Assembly (NCBI GenBank): GCA_964016885.1
Contig: OZ024741.1
Location: 201,996,001-202,060,000, forward strand
Direction of reading: 5' to 3'
Origin: Eledone cirrhosa
Lineage: Eukaryota
DNA length: 64,000 nt
The translations under genes and the position numbers were made by a program. The notes under the pieces are model-generated. The model ran no database searches. It saw only the letters and a program-made list of their open reading frames with translations, and had not been told where the DNA came from. Within the stretch, counting starts at the first letter, position 1. The number at the start of each line of letters is the position of its first letter. Below are positions 24,319 through 38,304 of the stretch, in pieces.

Positions 24319-24968
24319 CTAGCAGTAAAGCCCGGCGTTGCTCGGGGTCACTCAGTAGCTGTGTTAAAGTTACAATGTTAAGTTTCTTTTTTGGCTTAAA
24401 GTCTGTCTGCACGACTGTCTGTCTGCACGCCTAACGAAATTTACAGATACATATATTTTAAATAAACTTATATAATTTTTGCTTTTTTTTACGAAATATT
24501 TGCTTGTTTTACATAGTCTTTAAATAGACTTGTTTTCAAGTAAAAATATTGTTTTAAAAGGCTTTTAAATGGAAATGAAGCAAAACGGAAGCTTAGTGTT
24601 CGAACTGATGAATTTTGCAGGTCAAAATTTTGCTGGCTCGACAACTGTTCGTGTATTGTGTTAATGTCATTTTAAACGCTGAGAAAGCCAGCGTAATTTT
24701 TTTAATTTTTGCACGCAGAAAATGTAAAGACGCTCAATGTAAACAGAACAAAGGGAAATAACTCGTCACTTACGCTCAAAAATCGATACATTAGATTCGA
24801 TTTCGTCACATAGGGTGGGTCAATTTGAAATATTTTTTTTCCGATGTCTTCGCTAGGGCTCAATGTACAAGTATAGCAATTTCGGTGCAAATCCGTCAGA
24901 GATTCTAAGAGGAGATGTGTGCCAAAAATCGATAGACAGACAGACAACCACAGCTTTATATATATAGA
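24319..24968 (-). mobile_element. Non-autonomous Helitron-like element
   Basis: Minus strand begins a|TCtatatatataaag with (CTGT)n and ends with hairpin cccgagcaacgccggg then CTAG|t. Inserted at an AT dinucleotide with no TSD. Confidence 0.75.
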
Positions 24969-25174
24969 TGAGTGTAAAGCAACTGAAACCACATAAGTTG
25001 ATGATATTGATGCATTATCAAAACTATGTACTATTTTGAAGTATTTATAAATAGACAAAACCATAGTTTCATATAATTAGTAATTAGAATGATTTAATTT
25101 CAATTAATGCCGACATATTTTTGTACCATTTTGTTTAGTAATGTATATAAATTATTTTATGCATATTTTAGCCG

Positions 25175-26365
25175 TGTAGCATCCATTTTTCCATGTTTGC
25201 ATGAGTTAAACGGGTCATCCACGTTGGGAGACAAGTCTGGCCAGAGTTGGCCACGCCGTACCTTGCTCTGACGAGGACTGTAAATTTGGCCTGGGATTTT
25301 ACAGCTGGATGCACTTCCTAACACCAAGCACATTTACAGTGTGGAACTGGATGGCACTGTTATGAGGAGGGCCAGGTCAGTTGGCCAGGCCGAACCCTTC
25401 TCACAGTGTAACCATAGTTTTGGATGTCACCGATATGAGGAGACTAACCCATCTCACAGCGTAGCCAAAGTTTTAGAGCCCAGTAGTGAATGGCACCGCT
25501 ATGAGGAGGGACAGGTGCGAAACCTCAGTTTGGGAGCCTGGCGCTGGATGGCACCACAATGCAGAGGAACAGGCCAGTTGGCCGCACCAAACCCTTCTCA
25601 CCCTCAGTTCAGGTGTCGCATGAGAAGGGACAAACCAGTTGGCTGCACTGAACCCCTCTCACAGTGAGGCCACATACCAGACTTGGGAGCCCAAGACTGC
25701 GCTATGCGAGGGACAAGCCTGTTGGCCACACTGAACCCATTCTCACAGCGGAACCATGGTTTTGGAGCGCAGTAATGAATGACACCAGTATGAAGAGGAA
25801 CAAGCCATTTGGCCATGCCAAACACTTCTCAATGCAGAGCACAGTTTGGGAGTCTGGAGCTGGATAGCACTGCTATGAGGAGAGACAGGCCAGTTGGCTG
25901 TGCCAAACCCTTCACACAGGGGATCCTCATTTCAGGTGTTGAATGGCCTGAAGCAACAGGCCAGTTAGCTGCACTGAATCCTTTGCACAGTGGACCCTCT
26001 ATTCAGCTGTCAGATGCCACATGGCTCTGCTATGCAGAGGGACAGGCCTGTTGGCCACAATGAACCTTGCACACAGCGGACCCACAGCTAAAAAATCACA
26101 TTAACAGTATTGCACCACTGTGAGGAGGAACAGGCCATGAACCCTTCTCAATAAGAAAACACATTTTGGGAGCCTGGAACTGGATGGCACCGCTATGAGA
26201 AGGGACAGGCCAGTTGGTGGTGCCAAACCCTTCACACAACAGACCCTCAGTTTAGGTGTAGGATGCCGCGTGACTCCACTAAGAGGAGGGATAAGCCAGT
26301 TGGCCGTGCCAAACCCATCTCACAGCAGAACCACAGTTTTGGAGCCCGGCTCTGGGTGTCACACA
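25175..26365 (-). mobile_element. VNTR + RTE-tail non-autonomous element (second copy)
   Basis: RTE-type tail at 25175-25335, then about 12 degenerate units ggatggcac(c)gctatgaggagggacaggccagttggc...aacccttctcacag. Confidence 0.75.
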
Positions 26366-26830
26366 GTTGCCCTTTTGTATGTAGGGAAACATTTTTTGTT
26401 GTCAACAGTCGGTGTAGCTCTCTAAACTTCTTCCATCCCCTCCTTATTCTAGCTATTATGCTCTCAGAGCCCCCTCCTCTGCTGCTAATTAAGTCACCAA
26501 GATAGTAGAAGCTATCAACCACTTCTATAGACCCTTCCTGTGATTTGAAGAGATTTATATCACTGCCACTCTTCCCTTCAATTACTCCTGTGCATCTTCT
26601 GCATACAAAATCTTCCTTTCCTGTTAGTCTAACCGTTATCCCACTACATCTTTTGTGTACAAAAGATTTACATTATGCACACAGCATACATCTACTTCTC
26701 TTCTCTCTAACAGTTCCACAATTTCACTTGATTTACCTTTCAGGGTGCCAACATTGAGGGTGGCAGTCCTGAGATTTATACCTTGACAGTTTTTGTTATT
26801 TCTTTGAGTAGAAGGGAAAAGGCTGTGCAA
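26366..26830 (-). mobile_element. Internally deleted RTE (endonuclease start fused to PHD/C-terminal region)
   Basis: NLRTATLNVGTLKGKSSEIVELLERREVDVCCV is joined directly to HKRCSG...VDSFYYLGDLISS...GWKKFREL. Confidence 0.75.
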
Positions 26831-27599
26831 TTACTTGATGACGATCAAGGGGTTCCTGCACATGGCTTCTCTAGCCACCCCATTATCGTGTGCAGCACTA
26901 ACTGACTAGTGGTAGCCCTGTATAAATAATTAGTGAGAATTGTATTGTCGTGCTTGTCATATTTTTGGCAGGATTTTCTGGCTGGATGCCCTTCCTATCA
27001 CCAACCACTTTACAGCATGGACTAGGCACTTTATTCATACCACTAACACTAGCGAGGTTGTCTTACTGAATTCAAGAATCTTCTCCACACTGCATCAATT
27101 TTTATTTGGAGTGTTTACACTATTAGATGGGTTGCATTCACTATGGCTTGCATAGTCCTATGTCTACCCTGTGCAGTTGTTATTTATTGGAGTCTCTGCC
27201 CTCCTAGATGGGTTGCCTTCATTATGGCTTGTGGAGTGCATGTCTGCTCAGTGCAGTCATTTTTAATCAGAGTCATTGCCCTTCTATACGGGTTACCTTC
27301 ACTGTGGCTTTCAGAATCCATGTCTTCCTTGTAATCTTACTTTACTTGGGGCAGCAATGGTCTTCACAGTAGCAATCGACCTTGGTGATGTAACAGGGTA
27401 AGTGAGGAAAACAACAGGCAGGAAGGTTTGAGAAATGAGAGTGCATGGCAATGTCAGCTAGGTGGTGGATAGTGGGTATGCAGGTAGAATGCAGAGATGA
27501 TAGAGTCATGAAGTAAGCAAATGGAGAACCTCAAAAGGAACAGAAAACTATAGAAATAGAAATTTTACTGACTGGAGTATTTAATTCAAAATATAGCCA

Positions 27600-28086
27600 A
27601 ATGACCTGTCCCTCCTCATAACAGTGCCATCCATTCCCACACTGCAAATGTGGTTGCAACTCCCAAACCCTAATTCCGCTGTGAGAAGGGTTTGCCATGG
27701 CTAGCTAGCCTGTCCCTCCCCATAGCAGTGCCATCCAGTTCCAATCTGAATACATGGTTGCAGCACCCAAACTGTGGTTCTGCTGTAAGAAGGGTTTGGC
27801 ACAGCCAAATGTCCTGTCTACCCTCATAGTGGTGCCACCCAGTTCCATGTTCCCAAAATGTGGTTCCACTGTGTGAAGGGTTTGGTGCGGCCAACTGGCC
27901 TGTCCCTCCTCATAGCAGTGCCATCCAGTTCCACACTGTAATTGTGGTTGGCGTGAGTAAGGGCAACCAGCTGTAAAAACCCTGGCCAAATTGAAAGACC
28001 CATTGGAGCAAGATATGTCTCACAACGTGGATGAGCTGTCTGACCCATGCATGGAAAAGGGCCATTAAATGATGAGGATGATGATA
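27600..28086 (+). mobile_element. VNTR + RTE-tail non-autonomous element (third copy)
   Basis: cctgtccctcctcatagcagtgccatccagttcc at about 27606, 27710, 27813 and 27899, then RTE-type tail and (GAT)n. Confidence 0.75.
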
Positions 28087-28116
28087 TATATATTTTGATA
28101 TATACATATATATAAT

Positions 28117-28453
28117 GGAGGCACATGGCTTAGTGGTTAGAGCATTGGGCTTGCAATCGAAAGGTTGTGAGTTCAATTCTCAGACCAAGTGATGTGTTGT
28201 TTCCTTGAACAAGACACTTTATTTCATATTGCTCCAGTTTACTCAGCTGTAGGGATGATAGGGACTGGGGTCCCTATCATTCCACTGCAAAGTGGTCGTG
28301 GAGGTGCCACGGCAAAAAAGCACCCAGCACTCACTGTAAATGAAGTTGGTGTTAGGAAGGGCATCCAGCTGTAGAAATCAAGCCAGAATCAGTTCCCGTC
28401 CCACCCTTGCAAGCAGGGAAAAAGCGGATGTAAAATGAAATGATGAAATGATA
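28117..28453 (+). mobile_element. tRNA/CORE-like SINE with RTE-derived tail (family 1)
   Basis: ggaggcacatggcttagtggttagagc (A box), gagttcaattc (B box), ccttgaacaagacacttt, tail shared with the RTE 3' UTR, (TGAAA)n end. Confidence 0.88.
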
Positions 28454-28458
28454 ATATA

Positions 28459-28681
28459 CCACACTGTAATGTGGTCGTGTAGGTAACACGGAAAAAAGCT
28501 CCCAGTCCACACCGTAAATGTGGTTGGCGCTAGGAAGGGCATCCAGCCATAGAAAACCTGCCAGATAGTCCTATATGAGCGAGACAAGGTCACCCAATCA
28601 ATCTTGCATCAAGTGGGACAATTCCCGTCTAACCCATGCTAGCGTGGAAGATAGACGTTAAACGATGATGATGATGATGAT
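28459..28681 (+). mobile_element. RTE 3' UTR-only insertion
   Basis: Matches 23050-23279; (GAT)n tail. Confidence 0.85.
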
Positions 28682-29173
28682 ATATATTTACTTAGTTGGC
28701 ATTAGAAGAGCATTCATTAAAAATTTATGCAATTGTTAAAATATGATAGAATATTTTAACTATTAGCAAGAAATTTCATCATCATTTAACATCTGCTTTC
28801 CTGCTAGCAAGGGTTAGACAGTTCTACATAAACTAATCAGTACTGAAACAGGGCTACTGATCTCTAAGACAGGCCGGGAGATGGGGATCTTCATCTTGCT
28901 TATGTACAGTCATACGTTCTATTGGATGCAAAGGAGAAGTTCTCATGTCTTTTGTTACAAATTGAAGGGTTCTTCCAACCTTTGCTTGGCAAGCTTTCTA
29001 TGGCTGGATGCCCTTCCTAACACCAACCACTTTACAACATGTATGCTTTTATTATGTAGATCACCAACATATATGAAAATGTAAATTCAGAAACTTGTTT
29101 CTGTTATATTTACATGACTGCAGTTGTTAAATGAAACAATGTTACAATATGTAATTAATGTAGAATAACTTAC

Positions 29174-29221
29174 AGTTAAATGGTAAATTCCTGGGCATAT
29201 ACCATGAAATGTATAATATGT
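29174..29221 (-). CDS. IL-17 receptor-like gene, 48-nt ectodomain exon
   Basis: poly-T gcag|aca ... act|gtaagt; phase 0-0. TYYTFHGICPGIYHLT completes a FnIII-like 'F..+.PG.Y.+.V' motif with the next exon. Confidence 0.85.
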
Positions 29222-29286
29222 CTGCAAAAAAAAAAAAAAAAATGTTTAAGTAGGCCATTAAACAAATATTTATGAAACCTGACAAA

Positions 29287-29452
29287 ATAATTGTTTCTAC
29301 TGTTGGCACAAGGCCAGCAATTATCTCAGTGCATTACTGGTATTTTATTTTATTGACCACGTAAGGATGAAAGGCAGAGTTAATATAAAGGGCCGTAACT
29401 CAATGTTGCAAAGCATGGCATGCGACCCTCTACCAACACTGCCAATCCACAG
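29287..29452 (-). mobile_element. Meta-like SINE (family 2), degraded
   Basis: Aligns to 9541-9727 with an internal deletion. Confidence 0.75.
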
Positions 29453-31068
29453 CTATTGGATTGAAACCTGGCATGATAATACAAAATAGAATTTATAGTT
29501 ATACCGGTTATTCTTATACTATTAGATATGATAATATGATTTATATTTTTAAAAGTTTAAAAGTTAAAACTAAGTTTTAGACAAGGCAAAAATCACTATC
29601 AATATAATTATGTAGAAACAAAAACAAAATAATACAGAATAATTAGTCGGCTCTAATGTTCATATGCTGAGTAAAACTCATCGTTCTTTATACAGCTATA
29701 TGATGTAAAACAAACTACATACAAACTAGCTTTCCTTGTTTTGTTTTAAAACCAGAATTAGGTGTGTAGCACCTTCAACATACGATACAACAACCCAGAG
29801 TGGTCGTCGTGTCCATTGACCCAAGAAACTTTTTAAAACAATTTACATATGTGATTGATTTATGCATGAACTATTCTTTTTTTGTATTTACTTTGCTTGA
29901 CTTGTGTTACCTTTTCAGAGATTTTCTTCTCATTTTTATTGACTGCTTCGCAGTCTAAGTAGAGGGTGATGTAGCGGGAACTATTTCATACCTTGCAGCA
30001 ACAATGTTTTCATACGTGATTAAACAAACCAATCGTTTTGGATTGTGTATGAATACATTGTTGCCTCCTCCTTATAAAACGTTCTGGTTCACCAGAGAGA
30101 TAAAAACCTACTACAGGATAACTCCTACTGTAATCCTCCTATAATCCTGCTATGAGGAATTGAACATTTATCAATTAAGCATGTTCCACATGTTTTGAAT
30201 TCTTCTTCTACATTATGTTTTCTATACAAGATATTCTACTGTGTGTATAGAAATTTGGCTTTCTACAATAAATTTATATTTATAGTGAATTGAGTGTCAG
30301 AAGCCTGTCGTTGCAAGTAAAAGGTATTAAATAATCATTTGACTCCTCTTTCCCCTATAGGTGTTATATAGAAATAGAAAGTGGATTTAAATATAGTGAG
30401 GCTAAGTTTTATTAAAAATGACAAGACTATGTAGAGTATTGGACATTGAACTATATAAATTAATCATAAACATGCTTAGTCAAAAGATATCAGGGTATAG
30501 AATTATGGCTTAATCTACCAGAAACCATTCTTTGATTCTTGTGCTCATATTAAAAGATCTTTTTGAAAAATGTTAATTTGTTACTTCTTTTTATATACTA
30601 TGAATTATTGTCAACCTACCCCACCCCAGCTCCACACAATGTTTTTAAACTATAAAAACTTTTAGCATCATATCTCATTATCTCAGTCTTACTCATGTTA
30701 CACTTTAAATACAATGGACACTTTTTATAAAATGTGCATCTAGAATAGCTTTTCAAGAAAATGGACAAAAATAGAAATTGAGCAGAAAGTTTTCCTAAAA
30801 TACATTTACTTTGTATTAAATCTATTCCTAATTTTATGAATGTTTAGTATCAACTTTAACTCTCAGTGTAATATGTTTAATAGAATTTGAGTTTAAAATG
30901 TTTAAAATAAGATTTTAAATGAGAAAATAATTCAGACAAGAAAATAATAAGCTTACTTTCATTCTATTTACCCTTTTTAAATATTGCTAATCCTACATGA
31001 AAGTGAGGTAAAATTTTCTACTGAGAGTATATAAGTTTATAATGAATAAAAAGCCTAAATATTTTATA

Positions 31069-31100
31069 CTAGACCACCCGTGACCCGTTGGGTCACGTTC
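31069..31100 (-). mobile_element. Helitron-like 3' terminus fragment
   Basis: Hairpin cgtgaccc-gtt-gggtcacg a few nt from CTAGt. Confidence 0.45.
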
Positions 31101-31172
31101 ACTTAAAAAGTAATTTTTAAATGATTAACATATACACAGACATGTATATAATGTAAAATTAAATTGGAAGGC

Positions 31173-31218
<46 letters not shown>

Positions 31219-31260
31219 CTTCAAAATATTAATAAATATAGACATTCATGTGATCAAATA

Positions 31261-31326
31261 TATTTTATTATACATATTTCAGAGATACAGAGCTATTTCA
31301 ACAGTACGTCCTCATCAGATAAAATA
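31261..31326 (-). ncRNA. Type I minimal hammerhead motif (same family as 1755-1820)
   Basis: Reverse complement reads tattttat CTGATGA ggacgtactg-ttgaaatagct-ctgtatctct GAAA t-atgt-a TA ataaaata. The ~50 nt downstream to (TA)n match 1705-1755. Confidence 0.8.
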
Positions 31327-31502
31327 AGTTGGTGCCTGACATACCTTGACTATGTTCATGGTTATAATTTAGTCATGGCAGTGATTAGTTATGACAAAAC
31401 TCGACATTTATATACCTTAAGTTGAAACATGAAAAATTACATATAATACAGAGATTTACTGTTATTATTATAATTTAAACTGTACACGTTGTATATATAT
31501 AT

Positions 31503-31845
31503 GGTGAAAGCGCATGGCTTAGTGGTTAGAGCATTGGGCATGCAATTGAAAGGTTGAGAGTTTGATTCTCAGACAGGGTGATGCGTTGTGTCCTTAAGCA
31601 AGACACTTTCTTTCACGTTGCTCCAGTTTACTCAGCTGTAGAAATGAGTTGTGACGTCACTGGTGCCAAGCTGTATCGGTCAGTGCCTTTCCCTTGGATA
31701 ACATCGGTGGCATGGAGAGGGAAGACTGGTATGCATGGGTGACTACTGGTCTTCCACAAAACAAACTGCCCAGGCTTGTGCCTCGGAGGGAAACTTTCTA
31801 GGTGCAAAACCATGATCATTCGTGGCTGAGTGGGGCCAAAGCAAA
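31503..31845 (+). mobile_element. tRNA/CORE-like SINE (family 1, alternative tail)
   Basis: Same head as 28117; tail shared with 15473-15800. Confidence 0.82.
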
Positions 31846-31898
31846 TATATATATATACACACACATATGTATATATAAACACACACACATATATATAA

Positions 31899-32245
31899 GG
31901 AGGCACATGGCTTAGTGGTTAGAGCATTGGCCTTGCAATCAAAAGTTTGTGAGTTCAATTCTCAGACCGGGTGATGTGTTGTTTCCTTGAGCAAGACACT
32001 TTATTTCACATTGCTCCAGTTTACTCAGCTGTAGAAATGAGATGATAGGGACTGGGGTCCATATCATTCCACTGCAAAGTGGACGTGTAGGTGCCACGGC
32101 AAAAAAGCGCCCGGCACTCACTGTCAATGAGGTTGGTGTTAGGAAGGGCATCCAGCTGTAGAAATCAAGCCAGAATCAGTTCCCGTCCCACCCTTGCAAG
32201 CAGGGAAAAGCGGACGTAAAATGAAATGATGAAAATGAATGATGA
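31899..32245 (+). mobile_element. tRNA/CORE-like SINE with RTE-derived tail (family 1)
   Basis: Near-identical to 28117-28453 and 56951-57294. Confidence 0.9.
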
Positions 32246-32277
32246 TACACACACACACACATATATAAGTGTATATA

Positions 32278-34001
<1,724 letters not shown>

Positions 34002-34039
34002 ATATATATATATATATCCACACACATATATATAAGTGC

Positions 34040-34072
<33 letters not shown>

Positions 34073-34229
34073 GATTACTAAAATTCCCAAACCATATCCC
34101 AGACAGTCATACATACATTATTTCCAGGTATCCCTCTTACCCAATTTCAAATGTTCCGCTTACATTTATTATTGTTATCATTTTGCTTACCTCCACAACG
34201 CATTTACACTTTTTCCCCTGTTTTTCTCA

Positions 34230-35610
34230 CATTGCTATAAGCCATGATGGCTACCTTCTATGACTCTCTCCCTCTCTACTGGAGTCATCTATCCCTTAGC
34301 CATTACCTCCATTCCACTCTCTTTTTCGAGGTTCATGAAGCTAGATGAACATCTTCGAAATCCTCACATATTCACCTTGTCTAATACGCGTACTTGTATC
34401 TGATTATTTCACCCAAATCTCCTGGAATACTATAAGCCATGGTGGCCACCTATCTCACAATTTCCCTCCCTCACACCACCATAGTCTATTCGACCAATCA
34501 ACCTCACCAACATGTCCCCCACCCATTACGAACCCCAACAAACTCTGCTACTACTACTTTCTTCTAGCGCTTACCAGCACCAACAAGCCCAGCCATTATT
34601 ACTTCTATTGCCCTTCTATTCCTGAATTCTTTTATCGTTATGTATGTATGGATGAGCTGAGGATAAATGGAGCAACCCCGAATTAATAAATGAATATGAA
34701 TCCGCGAGTTACCAAGCACCCATGTGAAGCTTCAATTCAGAGATAGGAAGCATACAACACACCACTGCAAAATTTCAGCCTTTTCACGAATGTTGGCAAA
34801 TGCCCAGAACTCCAAGTTGGAACCATCAATGTAAGCACAATGAAAGGAAGAGCAGGAGAAATCATAGAGATGCTAGAGGGAAAGGAAATTGATGTATGCT
34901 GTGTGCAAGAGATGAGATGGAGAAGAGATTCTGCTAGAGTCCGTGTAGGCAAAAGTCAGTGCTACAGATTTTTCTGGGTGGGAAACGACAATGGGATGGG
35001 TGGTGTAGGTATACTATTAGCTGACAAATATAAGGTAATCTCAGTGAACAGGGTGAGCGCTAGAATCATTAAACTCCGACTAGTCCTGAATAAAACAATT
35101 GCCACAATAATATCAGCACCCCCAATCGAGGTTACCCGACGAACTTAAGAATAGGTTTTACGAGTCCCTAATGCACACTACTGCCCTAACAGACGACAAT
35201 GACTTCCTAATCATTGCAGGAGATTTTAACGGACACGTTGGTAAGCACCGTGGCAGCTTCTATAGAGTCCATGGAGGCCACGGGTTTAGCACAAGAAATG
35301 AAGAAGGCTTCAGGCTTCTAGAATTCTGTGACGCCAATGACATGTCGATATGTAACACAAACATCAAAAAAACGGACAACCATCTGATTACCTAGAGACC
35401 ACAGAAGCATTCTAGTCAGATAGATTTTATCCTCATCAGAGGACGTGATAGAGGGACGATCATAAACACAAAAGGCTTCCCTAGTGAGAAATGTACCTTC
35501 CAACATAACTTAGTTGTCAGAACTAGACGAACTTGGAAAAAGAAGGCAACCTGGAGAAGAAAGATCTGGAAGCTGAAAGACCCCTCAGCCAGTAATAGAT
35601 TTCTTGAAAA
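34230..35610 (+). mobile_element. Degraded RTE family A 5' portion (5' UTR + endonuclease)
   Basis: MKGRAGEIIEMLEGKEIDVCCVQEMRW, IIAGDFNGHVG; frameshifts and stops; UTR motif accatagtctattcgacc shared with 38105. Confidence 0.85.
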
Positions 35611-36039
35611 CTCTGGTACAAACACTACACTTGTGACAATTATTGACACATAGTGCTGGGCCCATGGTACCATGTGACGACAAGCGCAGAGAGACCTCCA
35701 GATATAAAGCAATGCCTGTGCCGTGAAGCTTTTATAGTGAGCAAAGGCACTGCACAAAGCCAGTCCCACTCTCTTAACCAAGATGATATTTACCAAAAAG
35801 AAGAACAAGTCAACATCATTGGATACTATCAGGGTTGCAGGTGTTATATCAGAGTTTTCCTTCTCCTAGAATTCTGCCTTGACAAAGGCTAAGGGGTCAT
35901 CTCTCCCAGTGATTTTGGATGGCCATTGACTCTTAAGAGCTCCTTTGCCCTTTGACAGGTTTTGTTTTTAGTCCTGCAGGATGTCCAAAGTCACCCTCCT
36001 CACCAAGAAACCTTTAGTATTTTGGCCCCCCACTTGATG

Positions 36040-36938
36040 GGTGAGAAAGAAGAATAGAAAAGATAGCCAAGAAGGGGAGGGAAGGAAGGAAGAAAACGAA
36101 GAAATAGAAGAGGAATGAGGGAGAAGAGAGGGATATATGCATTGGTTTTGTGGGTAATTAAAAGGGTTTAGATACAACAAGAGGGTATAAAGTCTAAGTA
36201 TATGCAGTTTGTCAGTTGGTAGTAAGAGGTTAAGGTTTCGATTTGTAGTGCGAAAACTTCTCTTTGAGTCTATGGTTACAATAAATTGATCTTTCGATTT
36301 TATTGTTGAGTAACTTATTAGTTCTTAATATATAGAGAAAAAACATTTTTTTGGAATTGTATTTACTAGTATAGAGAGAGAGGAAGAGGAATTAGGAAGT
36401 GAGGGGACAAACTGAATAGTATAGAGAGAGAGGAAGGGGGAGAAGAGTTAGGAAGTAGAGTGACAAACTGAGATAGAGGGAGGGGTAGAGGTGGAAGGAT
36501 TCCTTGATCAGTTTTGATACTAGACTTCATGTCATTGATTTTAAGTGTAGTGAGTTAAAGAGAATTAAATTGTTCATAGTGGGAGGGATGGAGAGAGAGA
36601 GAGAGGGGTGGGCGAGATATAAAAGATAAATATATATATAAAAAATAAAGATAAAAATAATAACGATAAAAATAAAAGTAAAGAAGGTGTGGGGGTGGGA
36701 GAAAGAAGAAAAGAAAAGGTAGCCAAAACAGGTAAGGAAGAAAGGAAGAAAACGAAAAGAAATAGAAAAGGAATGAAGGAGAAGGGAGGGATATAGTATT
36801 GGTTTTTGTGGGTAATTAAAGGGATACAATAAGAGAGCATAAAGTCTAAGTATACGCTGTTTGTCAGTTGGTAGTAAGAGGTTAAGGGTTCGATTTGCAC
36901 TTGTAGTGCGAAAACTTTTCCTTGAGTCTATGGTTACA
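36040..36938. repeat. Two diverged ~240-bp direct repeats (36040-36280, 36697-36938)
   Basis: Both contain gtgggtaattaaa...taaagtctaagtata...tttgtcagttggtagtaagaggttaagg...gtagtgcgaaaactt...ttgagtctatggttaca. Confidence 0.85.
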
Positions 36939-37548
36939 TATATATATATACATAAATATATATATAGATATATATAGATATATATACATAAATATATATA
37001 GATATATATACATAAATATATATACATAAATATATATAGATATATATACATATATATATAGATATATATACATATATATATAGATATATATACATATATA
37101 TATAGATATATATACATATATATATATATAGATATATATACATATATATATATATAGATATATATACATATATATATATAGATATATATACATATATATA
37201 TACATATATATATATATATAGATATACATATATATATAGATATACATATACATATATATATAGATATACATATACATATATATATAGATATATATACATA
37301 TATATATATAGATATATATACATATATATATATAGATATATATACATATATATATATAGATATATAGATATATATACATATATATATATAGATATATAGA
37401 TATATATACATATATATATATAGATATATATACATATATATATATAGATATATATACATATATATATATAGATATATATACATATATATATATAGATATA
37501 TATACATATATATATATAGATATATATACATATATATATATAGATATA
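36938..37548. repeat. Compound (TA)n/TATAGA/TATACA microsatellite
   Basis: Direct inspection. Confidence 0.98.
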
Positions 37549-37549
37549 G

Positions 37550-38066
37550 TAGTAGTTTTCATGACGTTATTATTGTTAATTTTACTGATGTAGTATTAAC
37601 TTGGATATTTACCATGCGGTATTCTAATTCTATTGTATCTCTCTCAGTTATTTACCATGCGACCCTCAGTTCCTACCCCCCCCCCCTCTCTATGCATCTC
37701 TTTAAGGTTTACTACCCTGTCTTTAACCTATTCAACCTAATTCATTCAATCTGAAATATTGAAGAGATAAGACACTTTCCCATTCTTCTCTGCTAAAATG
37801 TATCACTAGAGTTGATTCCAATTGTTCCAGCCATCCATCCATCCTTACTAATCTCCGAAGGTATTTTAGCCTACATATTGTTGTTAATATTAATGATGTT
37901 CCCTGCTGTATTAGCGATAAATTTTCGAGGGTTTTTCTTAGTAGTTTTCATGACGTTATTATTGTTAATTTTACTGATGTAGTATTAACTTGGATATTTA
38001 CCATGCGGTATTCTAATTCTATTGTATCTCTCTCAGTTATTTACCATGCGACCCTCAGTTCCTACC
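37550..38066. repeat. Identical 128-bp direct repeat (37550-37677, 37939-38066) at the 5' end of the intact RTE
   Basis: tagtagttttcatgacgttattattg...gaccctcagttcctacc occurs twice, 389 bp apart. Confidence 0.92.
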
Positions 38067-38304
38067 TCACAAGTTCCCTCCCCCCCACCCCCACCCCCAC
38101 ACACACCATAGTCTATTCGACCTAGCATGCCATTTCCACTGCTGCTGCTACTACCTGCCTAACTAACTCTCTCCTCCTCTGGCGCATCCCAACACACCCT
38201 GCCATTACCCCACCACCACTGTTCTTCTAGCCCTCAATTTTCCCACCGTTATGGATGGATGAGCTGAGAATACATTTGAGCAACTCTGAATCAATAGATG
38301 AAAT

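Noticed and set aside
24603-24635. CTGATGA followed by hairpin aattttg/caaaatt
   Set aside because: No GAAA, stem III or stem I; it lies inside the Helitron-like element.
24985-25031. FnIII-looking peptide HSFDNASISSTYVVSV
   Set aside because: No compatible splice sites; exon 29174-29221 supplies this part of the domain.
28117-28190. tRNA-like sequences at SINE heads (also 31503, 31899, 57294, 9727)
   Set aside because: A/B boxes are present but there is no complete cloverleaf, and each continues into a SINE body.
36890-36925. gcac-ttgta-gtgc GAAA hairpin in the direct repeats
   Set aside because: No upstream CUGANGA core.
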